Origin: Porphyridium purpureum
Taxonomy: Eukaryota
Reading direction: 5' to 3'
DNA length: 64,000 nt
Assembly (NCBI GenBank): GCA_008690995.1
Contig: VRMN01000015.1
Coordinates: forward strand, 62,001-126,000
The notes under the pieces: generated by a model
What the model was told of the DNA's origin: nothing
Seen by the model: the letters and a program-made list of their open reading frames with translations, nothing else
Databases searched by the model: none
In this document: piece by piece, positions 29,441-39,500 of the stretch
How positions within the stretch are numbered: position 1 is the first letter of the stretch
Layout of the letters: each line of letters begins with the position of its first letter
Made by a program: the position numbers and the translations under genes

Positions 29441-29882
29441 CTCTCTGTATCTCTGTACCTCAGTCTCTCTCAGTCTCTCTCTCTCTCTCTCTTTCCGGCC
29501 ACAATCTCTCGTCGTCCGCACCTTCTGCCGCACTCAGCCTGCCCGTCTCTCTCACCACTGCCCTTCATCTCCTCAGATTCTCTCTCTCTCTCATCTCCGC
29601 ATCTCGCGCACGCCAAAATCACAAAACCGCACGAAAATCTCAAAACCGCCGCGCGCCACTATCGGAAAAAAAAAGTACACCTGAAAAACCAGTCGCGCTC
29701 GGTCGGTCCCAGTGTACATGCACTGTACACCTTCTTGCCACTGTACACGCTGTACCTTCTGCAATCGGTTGCGATGAGCGTCGGCCGAACCGAACCGAAC
29801 CGACCTGAGCCGAAAAGGGAATCGGGTTGGCGAAAGCCAGTGCGGGGAGAGCCGACACAATGATGGGAGACCACGGGACGGA

Positions 29883-29978
29883 GGAACGTCGGAACGTCGG
29901 AACGTCGGAACGTCAGAACGTCGGAACGTCGGAACGTCAGAACGTCGGAACGTCGGAACGTCAGAACGTCGGAACGTC
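29883..29978. repeat. Tandem array of 12 x 8-bp units (G/A)GAACGTC
   Basis: Directly read: 9 GGAACGTC and 3 AGAACGTC units in the order G4-A-G2-A-G2-A-G. Confidence 0.97.
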
Positions 29979-30072
29979 AGAATCCCGGCATGCCGGAAGC
30001 GCGCGCGTTGAGGTTGGGCGGGAGAGGAGGCCGGCAGCTTTCGTGGGTGGGGGGATCCGAGCTTGCCTGGTG

Positions 30073-31515
30073 TAAGGTGCGACCAAATCGGATAGGGGAC
30101 AGTACCTTTTTCCAAGTTTTACTAGTAAAATGATCTGCTTTACTATAAAAAGGAAAGAGGTCCGGTGAAAAGGGAATGTGGAAGAGGTCAAAACGGATAG
30201 GGGACACGACACAGTTCCAGCCATTGCTCAGCAATAAAAGGTCGGAATCGGTCGCCGTTTCCTTGTGCGTATGCGCCTCAAAGATGCGCACAGTTGAATA
30301 TGCGTTTCGGCAGAGACGCGTTCAAATTGACCGGTTAAGGCTGGTCCAAAGTCTCCCAAACCAGTAAGATGGTATTTTTCAGCTCTAGCACCATCTGACA
30401 CTCCCTTGCACCCACGTAAACCTTGGGCGCTGGTATCTCCCACATGTTCTCGATGACATTGAGGTCCGGCGAGTATGCTGGCCAGTCTCGAAGCTCCACA
30501 TTCTTGTCATTCATGAAATTCTTAGCCAGGCGGCTTTTGTACACCAGCGCGATATCCTGGAGAAAAACCATGTTCGGGTCCACCATCTGACGGCAGCGGT
30601 CCAGCACGCCGTCATTCTGAAGCATGGAAACACAATTGGCAGCGGCGAAGATCCTGTGAATGAGTTGAAAGTGAACATCTCCTGTCACAAAAATGGCGCA
30701 CCAAACAGTGCATCGACCGCCGCCCAAATGTCACGACCAAACGTTTGAAAGATCGTTCGTACGCTCAAGCCACGTCATGTGGATAGCATCTGGCCCATCC
30801 AGATTGCACTTTATTTCGTCCCTGAACACAACTGTGGCCCAATTCATTTGTTCCAGCTCATGCCGTTTTGTCAAGGCCAGCCTTTTGAGGTCGAATTTGA
30901 GTGTCAGCGGTACGTGAGCTGGATTTCTCCCGCGCGCACTGGTTAAGCTCATTGCTGTCCTGATTGCCATTGAATTTAGGATCCGAATTACGCGGTAAAT
31001 GCGTTGTGTAGCACAACTTTGCCGGCCATTATTTACGGGCCGAATCCTTTTGATGTCATAAATCTTGATTTTTCATGCCTTTGTGCGGTTTGGAGCGTCC
31101 GCAGAAGCGAAACTATGTACGTGTACGATGGGAGCATCTACCTAGAACAAATCGCAATGCATAGAGCACCTAATGTGTGTCACAATGGCTCTCACTTTTT
31201 GTCCCACTCCCAAAGGCCCTGAAAGTGTCATATCTTCTCATCCGAGGGGTCAATATTGCGATTTTTGGTATCGAAATGAAGCTCTTCACGAGTTTTGCTC
31301 GATGCACTTCTCTTCACTTCCTTTCCTTCATTTATTTCCGAGATATAAGGCTTCCCGTGAGTGTCCCCTATCCGTTTTGTGCAACAAATTTCTTGCATTC
31401 CGGCACCACCCGCCCGCCCCAAATTATGTTCCTAGTAGAAAGTCAAAATTTAATATGAACTGTCTAATTTTTCTTCGAAATTTTACTGTCCCCTATCCGT
31501 TCTGGTCGCACCTTA
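30073..31515 (-). mobile_element. Decayed Tc1-family (DD34E) DNA transposon with 32-bp terminal inverted repeats and internal repeats
   Basis: Inverted repeats 30073-30104 and 31484-31515 (TAAGGTGCGACCA.A.CGGATAGGGGACAGTA, 30/32 identical, TA at both outer ends); inner 19-bp perfect inverted pair 30189-30207 and 31361-31379; AT-rich interior with transposase remnant. Confidence 0.92.
30335..30970 (-). pseudogene. Tc1 transposase catalytic-domain remnant
   Basis: WATVVFRDEIKCNLDGPD, GGGRCTVWCAI, FLQD-x34-E within DWPAYSPDLNVIENMW; in-frame TGA at 30731-30733; no intact N-terminal HTH ORF. Confidence 0.9.
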
Positions 31516-31958
31516 TATTGTTCACATGGTTGCTGCCGCTGAGGAGTTGAGAATCTTCGGCGCAGTGTGGACGCTGCGGATGATGTACTGCTGTGGCTTT
31601 GCGGGTGTTCAGCGTGGGCGGGAGCGTTTGGGCGTCGGTTTTCGTGGTCGGAGTTCCATTGTGAGCGAGTGCATGTACAGTGTGTACAGTCCGCACGGGC
31701 AGGTGACGCGCCGCCACGTCGGCGTGGGATTTTTTTGGTGGTGGTGGTTGGAGTGTGTGTGTGGATAGAGAGAGAGAGAGAGAGAAGAGGAAGAAGAGCT
31801 GGGGGATGGGTTGGAGTGGTGGAGTCTGACTCGGAACGTCATTCGAGATACACGTTAGAAAGCACCGCATGCGTGCGTGGTAGGACTGAGGAAGTGCAGA
31901 TTGGTGCCGTTTCGCCGGTGAAGCGGGAGAACAGGTCGGCACGCGCGCTCGGGTGAGA

Positions 31959-32813
31959 ATGTCGGCGCAGTCTGCTCAGTCGGCGTATGGCAGTGTGGGC
32001 AAGCAGCAGCAAGCAATGGGGTCAGGGAACGTGGACTCTGCCGCCGCGCGCGTCGGCGCGGCGCTGAATGTGGCCGTCGTCACGTTGCTGTACGGAGTGG
32101 CCGTCGCGCTCTTTTCCGCACAATTGGTGAGAGCCTGGCGAGAAGTGCCGCTCACCAACGCCCTGGGCGTCGTCGCGCGGAACAAGTACGCAGTTTCAGC
32201 ACTCGTGGACTACGTGGCAGGCGTCTCGTTCACCGCTTTGTACATTCTTTTCGTGGAGGAGCAAGTGGTGCCCGCGGTGGTCATTTCGATGTTGTCCATC
32301 TCGCTCGGCAACCCAGTCCTTCTCATCTACACCCTAGTTAGGGTTTGGAAGTTCGGGTCGGTCTCTTCCGGTATCCTGCGCCAACGCACCTTGTCCACTG
32401 ATGGCAGCACGACGGGTCGCGGCGGCGTGCCGGGACTCATCCCTCCGAAATTCAGCCGTGTGGTTTCACTCGTTGTGCTGTCGTTTTACGTCGTGCTATT
32501 CGTGATTTTTGTCCTGGTATGCGTAGATGCGCTGCAAACACAGCCCATGCGCGCCGGATTTGCATACATCATGAGCCATGGATGGGCTTTGACGACATGG
32601 GTGGACGTGCTTTTGGGAATCATGTTTGTGATGAGCCACGTCGCTGTGCAGCGTACGTTGAGCGTGCTTCAAATCATCTGCATTTGGATTGCGCTCGCGC
32701 TGTTTGGACACGGAGTCACTCTTCTGTATGGCATTCACCTGTGCTTTCTGAGCCTCGCCCAGCCCGGCCGGTCACTTGCAGAGGCATTCACAGAATCAGC
32801 AGAACAAGAATAG
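31959..32813 (+). CDS. Multi-pass membrane protein with two internal repeats (DUF1475-like)
   Basis: About 8 hydrophobic segments in two similar halves (SALVDYVAG...SLGNPVLLIY and TTWVDVLLG...LFGHGVTLLY). Confidence 0.72.
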   Translation: MSAQSAQSAYGSVGKQQQAMGSGNVDSAAARVGAALNVAVVTLLYGVAVALFSAQLVRAWREVPLTNALGVVARNKYAVSALVDYVAGVSFTALYILFVEEQVVPAVVISMLSISLGNPVLLIYTLVRVWKFGSVSSGILRQRTLSTDGSTTGRGGVPGLIPPKFSRVVSLVVLSFYVVLFVIFVLVCVDALQTQPMRAGFAYIMSHGWALTTWVDVLLGIMFVMSHVAVQRTLSVLQIICIWIALALFGHGVTLLYGIHLCFLSLAQPGRSLAEAFTESAEQE

Positions 32814-33793
32814 TGCTCGAAGCGATCCGGAGTTGATGTAAAGAAAGAACGGGACACACGAGTGTAGCCTGAATAGTCTCACAGAAGCATGTGGACAAAC
32901 TTGCGTTGTCGCTTCACGCCTTCCACAGATTCTGCACCGTGTCACCGTACGAGCGACACCATCAGAGAGCGTGACCAGGCAATCCGGTTTCAAATTCAGG
33001 ATGCATGAGCTTTCCGCTTGGCCAAGCGGTCAGCGAACGGCCGATGCCGGTGCTGCGTTCCGAGGGTCACTTTGCTTGCAGCTTTTGAGACGTATACAAT
33101 GCAGCTCGTGTGAGATACTTGCGACGCAGGTTCCCCAGCGCAAGACGCTTCGTCCGGCAAAACCCGGAATGCCATCCTCTGTAGAGTCGGCTGCCTAACC
33201 GTCGAGGCATGCCGAGATGAGATTGCACGAATGTGGGCGTTCAAAGGCGCGCCCTCCACATATGCAGGACGCCTCACCTGCCTGACGCGATGCCACCGCC
33301 AACGCGCTCCAGCTCCCATGCTGCGTGGCAGCGCGCAACACCACGCACGCGCCACGTGCGCCAAGCGCCACTGTACTTTCGCATTCTAATTCGAGCTGAT
33401 TTGATAGCAAGTTGCGTTTGACCCCGGCCTGCAGATTTTCCGCAAAAAGCATGAGGGAAAACCCAACGAATAAATCAACCGAATCAAGCCGATAAGCCGA
33501 TAAGCCGTTATCCTGTTATTAGGAATGGATACCGATCTTCGTAGTTGAAACGAACAGTCGAAGGGGGGGGGAGGGGACGGATAAACCGGTTTGGATCGTG
33601 AGCCGGTTTATATGAAAACGAGCATGTTTAGATAGAAGGAATCTGTAGTGCGTTGGTGATTTTGAGTCGAGGTGGTTGAGGGGAGCGGGATTTCGGTGAC
33701 AAACGCAACTGGGTGGGAGTAGACTTGGAAGAAGGGGAAGAAGGAAGGGGAAGCGGGGAAGGGGAGGGGTAGAAGGAGGGAACGGGGGATAAG

Positions 33794-34582
33794 ATGGCGA
33801 TGGACGGGATCATCGGCTCGCTGGGCATGCAGGTGAAAGTCACCGTGGGGAATGAGTACGCCGAGTTCAAGACGTGGCATGATCGCACCGAACTGAACAA
33901 GAAGCTGGCCATGGGCGTCAAGAAGACGGGCGCCGAGATGGCAAAGTCGTTCTCCACCATGAGCACGTCGTTGGAAAACTACGTCGCGACAATGGAAAAG
34001 GCGTACCCGAAATCGGACGACTTGCGCGAGCTCATCAAGCACACGGTGGAGAAGGCGGGCCAGCTCGAGACCGCGTGGCACACGCCAAAGCACGACTTTG
34101 CCAAGGAAATCGACGCGTTCCTCAACGAGATCATCCAGGTTGAGAAGGGCTGGCAGAATCTGCAAAAGACATACGACGCTTTTCACAAAATGAAGAAGGA
34201 CCACGAAAAGGTCGTAGCCAAGGGCGACGAATCGAAAATTACCAGCAGCCAGCACACGCTCGACTCGAAGAAGCAAGACTTTGAAGGTCAGATGCAGAGC
34301 TCAATTGAGAAAATGAAAACTGTCGATGCCAAGCGGCAGCCGTTGTTCGATTTCGTGCTTGCGGCCGTGAGCGGCAACGTCAAGCAGCGCTGCGCGACTT
34401 TCCGCGAGTCGCTTCAGCACTCGCTCAACTTTGCGGTCAACGGAATCAATGAATGCGAGAACAAGAACCTTCTTGACTTCGACACCGAAAAAATGCTTTC
34501 TACACCAATCCCTGATCTCGGCCAGACGGCGGTTGTCATGAAGCTCAAAGAGGATAACTCTTGGTGCAAGGTCGACGAGTAG
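33794..34582 (+). CDS. All-helical coiled-coil protein, BAR/AH-like
   Basis: 262-aa ORF with strong coding bias and charged helical pattern (NEYAEFK...YDAFHKMKKDHEK..KITSSQHTLDSKKQDFE). Confidence 0.7.
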   Translation: MAMDGIIGSLGMQVKVTVGNEYAEFKTWHDRTELNKKLAMGVKKTGAEMAKSFSTMSTSLENYVATMEKAYPKSDDLRELIKHTVEKAGQLETAWHTPKHDFAKEIDAFLNEIIQVEKGWQNLQKTYDAFHKMKKDHEKVVAKGDESKITSSQHTLDSKKQDFEGQMQSSIEKMKTVDAKRQPLFDFVLAAVSGNVKQRCATFRESLQHSLNFAVNGINECENKNLLDFDTEKMLSTPIPDLGQTAVVMKLKEDNSWCKVDE

Positions 34583-35295
34583 AAACACCGAAATGAAGCA
34601 GGAGAACGGTAGACGCTCGGCATCTTGTGAAGATACTTTGGTCCAATATGGTCAGCCCCACGTGATCTTTGCGTGGTTTCTATTTTTCGTTCGCGCATTG
34701 CGTATGGGCTCATTGTGACTGCGCACGGGTGCGCTGCTCGACCGCCCGGGCATATCCGAGGCACGCAGTGTGGCGGCCCTTTCCCACTCTGCCTTTTTTG
34801 GTCTTGTGGCGTGACCTTGCGCGCGCGCGCGCGGACGACTTTTTTGAATTTTTTTTCCGTAGTACGCATTTTGGTTTACTCCGTAGCGTACGACAGGAGC
34901 TTTCTCTGTCAGAAGTGCGGCGCTCTCGACGCGTGTTTTTCTTCTTCTTCTTCTGTTGTTTCGATGCTTACCAGGGAACTTAGTGGCAGAAATAAATCCA
35001 CCTCAAACTTGAACCAGACGGACATAGGGCAGAATGAGGTGCAAAGTCTCGAAACCTTTCTATATCAATTGCAAGGGCAAGGTGCCGAGGATTTAATCAA
35101 AGTTGGTTTTTCTTCCATTTATAATTTTCCCTTTTACCCAGCAGCGGGAATCGACGAGCTTCCAGCGGCGAGGGCCGCATTCGGCTTCAGAAGGAACTAC
35201 AACACATGGTGGTATTCGACAGCCACCCACAGCACAAGTCACCCCTCGGTCTGTAGCACGTGTCGAGGATGAATCCAGCGGCGGGAAATCGCTTC

Positions 35296-36075
35296 TTACA
35301 AGGCCACACCCGTTGCGAGCTCTCGAGGCAGCCTGGCGCCCTTGCTGGGTGTATGCAGGTTCTCGTCTCCACGGATCGAGGCGATATTCAGGTTGACCAG
35401 GTCTTTCTCGCAAGATTTGGCGTACGCATTGACTGGCCCGATCTTTGCTTTGAGGTGGTCCATGTGCATTCCGTGCGCGAGCCAGTATGAAACAAAAGCC
35501 GCTCGGAACACCTCCTTTCGCTTCGCGTAAAATTGCTTCTGGTGCTGGATGACAGTCTCCACATTCTGTTCATAGCTTAGCTTGGCCTCATCAAACTTTG
35601 TGGCGTTGCGCAGGATTCTTTCCTCGTCTGGGCGGCGCGCCTTCTCCAAGTCGTCGCACTTTTTCCTGTACATCTCGAACTCGGTCTTGGCGTCCGTGAG
35701 CTGCTTGTATTCACTTTCCAGAGTCTTGTACTCTGCGAGGAATGCTTTGACCTGCTTGTTGATCGCGACGTACGTAGAGCTTTCACGAGATTGGGCCGCC
35801 GACCGTTCAACTTCTGCCGTGACCTCCACCGCGGTCTTGGCAATCTTGCGCAAGTCGTCATCATCTGGATAGAGATTCGCAAAGTTCTCAGCGGTCTGCT
35901 TCTGCTCGGCAAACAGCGTCTGCCAGTGCATCTCGGCCTTGTCCAGTTGCGTTGCGCTCTCTGTCAGAGTCTTGACCATGTTTGCGATCCTCTGCTTGAG
36001 CTCGAGGAACTCTTCGTGCTCTGGCTCGGCCTTTGCCGCCACCTTGAACGACGCCTTTTTGATAGAATGCAACAT
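35296..36075 (-). CDS. BAR-domain-like protein
   Basis: EHEEFLELKQRI, FANLYP, KTEFEMYRKKCDDLEK...DEERILRNATKFDEAKLSYE: amphiphysin/BAR-like helical pattern. Confidence 0.78.
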   Translation of the reverse strand: MLHSIKKASFKVAAKAEPEHEEFLELKQRIANMVKTLTESATQLDKAEMHWQTLFAEQKQTAENFANLYPDDDDLRKIAKTAVEVTAEVERSAAQSRESSTYVAINKQVKAFLAEYKTLESEYKQLTDAKTEFEMYRKKCDDLEKARRPDEERILRNATKFDEAKLSYEQNVETVIQHQKQFYAKRKEVFRAAFVSYWLAHGMHMDHLKAKIGPVNAYAKSCEKDLVNLNIASIRGDENLHTPSKGARLPRELATGVAL

Positions 36076-36556
36076 CCTGCCTTCGAGTCAGGACAAGTGA
36101 TGAACCTCTGTCTCTGCAGTTGAGCTGTCTCCCACGCACCGCACAGCCGCAACAACTGTCCAACTTCCCCAGTCCTCGTTGTGCCTCGCCGCTAGTCAAA
36201 CCTCTCCACCCAAGTACCTTGCTCACCGCGCTTATATATCTCCTGTAGCCTGTCCGTGCGCCTTCTCTGTCTCTTTCTCTCTCTCTCTCGCACTCCATCC
36301 ATGCCAGACTGCCTGCGTGTGCGACGCGCATCCAAATGGCAAACGCCAGGGTTTCAAAAATTTCAAAACGGAACCGCGCCGTTACACTTCCTTCAAATCT
36401 GCGTTCTTTTGGTATGAACTTGTGTGCGTGGAAACCCTAATTTCACACCGCCCTCGGCACGCCCGTTTTTCCAGCTCGAAGGGTTCGGCCCGTGCGCGCA
36501 GAAATGCAGGATTTCAAGGTCATCATAGATGTACAGTGCGGACTGAACCGCCCCGC

Positions 36557-39500
36557 TCAGTTCACAATCATGGACAGAATCGACTCGCCCAGGTGCAGCT
36601 CGAGCTGCGCGATGAACGTGCGCACCGCGTGCTCGACGGCCTCCTCCTCGTTGTCCAAGCCGTCGGCCAGCAGCGGGATGATTTCAGGAAGCACCGTCAA
36701 GTACTCCTTGCCCAGCTTGATGGCCACGCGCTCCGAGCACGCCAGCGCAGCCAGCTGGCGCCGCACGCGCGCCGCTGCGTCCGTCGCGGCAGCGGCTTCG
36801 GAATCAAACGAGAATGATGATGATAGAGGTTCAAGCGCGTGCAGAGCAACGCGAACCAGGCGTTTGCGCCCATCGTCAGGATTGGCCGCAAGCAAGCTGT
36901 TTTTGGCCAGCCATGCGAGACTTTCGTAGACGCGTTCTCGCCGTGGCTCGGGCTCCTCGTGCCGCACGACTACGTGAACGTGATACGCCGAGATGGCTCT
37001 GAACAGCTGCTCAAATGCATCGTCGCCCACGTACGTTCTTGTATGATTCATCCACACACTCACATTGTCGATGGCAAGGTCTTTCGATGAGCTCACGATC
37101 GCATCGCGTTCGTCCAAATCGGTCGGAGTGTTGTGGTCGCCCGACGCGCGCGCACGCTTTTTGCTTTGGCTCTTCTTTTTCTTCTCGCTCTCGTCCTCTG
37201 CTCCTACAACGTCATCGGCATGGTGGCCGTGATTGGCTGCCGTGAGTGCATCCAGCATCATGCCTACTGAACGTTCGGCGTACGGCACCGCGAGCTCCAG
37301 CAGGGTCTCTTGCAGCTTCAATAACCAGCGCAACAAGAGATTTCTTCGAGTCTCTGTTTTTGACGGCGCTGACGTCGACCAGACCTCAAATGCCTTGAAA
37401 AGTCGGTCAAACTGAGCTTCCGAAAGCCGAAGGCACAGCTTCAGCAGCCCGTCGACAAGACGATTGTAGCACGTACTGCGCAAGTGCCAGTGGCACCCCG
37501 ATGTTTCGTTGTACTCAGCGAGCGAGAGAAGCATGTTCTGCACGTCAAGCCTTGCAACTTCAAATTCATGCTTATCCAGCGCGCCTACCATCACATCTAT
37601 TGAACCGAGCGTGCTCGTGAAGAGCGGCTGGTGGTACTGGCTAGAATTTTGCACGTCAAGCGCCGCCTCCAGACACGCCTGCAATGCTGGTAAGAGTACT
37701 CGAAAGGGAACATGGGTCCCGAAAAATCGCAGCAATTTGGCGGTATCGCCCGTCACACACAAGTACTTGACCAAATCAATAAATGCAGCGCCGCCAAAGT
37801 ACCGACCCTGTTTCTCCGCGATCATTCGGAGAGCCTGCACAATCCCTTCGAACATGCTCGGTTCCACAAGCTTGATTGATGCTAGACTCTCGCCGACAGC
37901 TAAAAGGGAAGCAATGCGGGCCACGAACAGTGGAATAAACCTTGCGGTCGATGCCCCCACATGTCGTACCAGCGTTGCGAAACATAGAAGCACACTCACG
38001 GCCACATCGGAGCGCAGCGCTTCCTTCTGGGTCTCCTGCAAGAGTTTCAGCAAAGGTGGGACACAGGCGATAAAAGGCGCAGGCTCTCTTTTTGCACAAA
38101 TCGTTGCAACACGCTGTAGTGCCACCACACCAGCGAGTTCGAGGTCTTTCATTCCGTCCGCGTTTCGATCTTTCACTGCGGCCGCATCGATACAAGCCAA
38201 TACCCCGTCGACAACACGTCCCACAGTCTCTCGACTGCGGGGAACTGCCAATTCGCCTAGTTTCTCGCACGCCTCTAGTCGATCGCAAAGTAATCGCGTC
38301 CCAAGAATGCGCAACTCAACTTTGCACTTGCTGCTGGATGACAAGAAGGGATCTGCTAAGATGCTCACGCACGCTTCAAACGGCACGGACAAAATCAAAG
38401 CATCAACGAATCGAAACAGACGCTCAGCAAGGAAGCCTTCCTCGAACCCATACAGATCTGCACCCGTGCGGGGCTTTCGAACAGACAGACACAGAGACAT
38501 ACACGTGGTTGCGAGCTGATTCATTTCCTCCTGCACGTCGAGAACCATACTCTTTGCGGCAATCCGACTCAGAAACTCCTCAGAACACACCAAGTGTGAA
38601 AGAAGATCCACTCCAAATGCCAGATCGTCATCCACAGCGCCGGCCGTGTAATCGTTCAAGGTCGCAAAATATGATCTCATTAGAGCCAATTGTACGTCAA
38701 CCAACTCGAACGATGCGTGCACCACCGCTGTGAAAAGGTTTAAGCATGCCGACATAGACCAACCCGACGTAACCTTGGCTTCGCGCAACGCACTGACAAA
38801 GGGCTCGAGAATCGCATGCTCAGAAGAAGAAGGAACACCGATTGCCTTGAATATCTTGGAACAAAGCTCAACATCTCGTGAAACGGGAATGGCAGGTGCA
38901 ACATCCCAAGAGCGCACCAGCATGCTCCACGTCATTCCACAGCGCTGGCGGAGTGCCGTACTGTCTCCTTCACCCTGAGCACCCAGTGCAGACTGTATGA
39001 TGGCGGCGAATGAATCTACAATTTCTACTGAGTAGGTATGTGCGTCCTTTGCCAAGGCATGCTTCTGCAGCAGGGAGGACCAGAGCGGTAAGCAGGCCTC
39101 AACATGAGACCACTTGAAATGCTGAGCGGAATTGGAGACGATACGAGCAAGCGTGAGAGCAAACGTTGTAGTCGGGACACAGCGAATGTCGCTAGGAAAG
39201 CGACTAGCAAACATGGCGCGGCAGCCATCTGGCTCGAAGCTTGAGCCTGGCAGAACATCAGTCGTCAGCAGTAGCACAGTATTAACCGCCAGATTTCGCA
39301 CATACGCCACATCAGGGAACAATGAAACGACCGGACCGCGCCCTTTGCCTTCGTCTACATCATCTGTGCTGGCCATCAGCGCATTCAGACATGCCAAGAC
39401 ACTTTCCATGACTCTCTCAGGAAGTGCAATGCGGGCGATAAATGTAGAATGCTGCAAGAGTTCCAGTACGGCCAAGGCCTGCTGCGCCGCTCGTGTATGA

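Noticed and set aside
29883..29978. 8-bp array as a telomere repeat or heat-shock element
   Set aside because: It is internal and short; its GAA blocks are direct repeats, not the alternating nGAAnnTTCn of an HSE.
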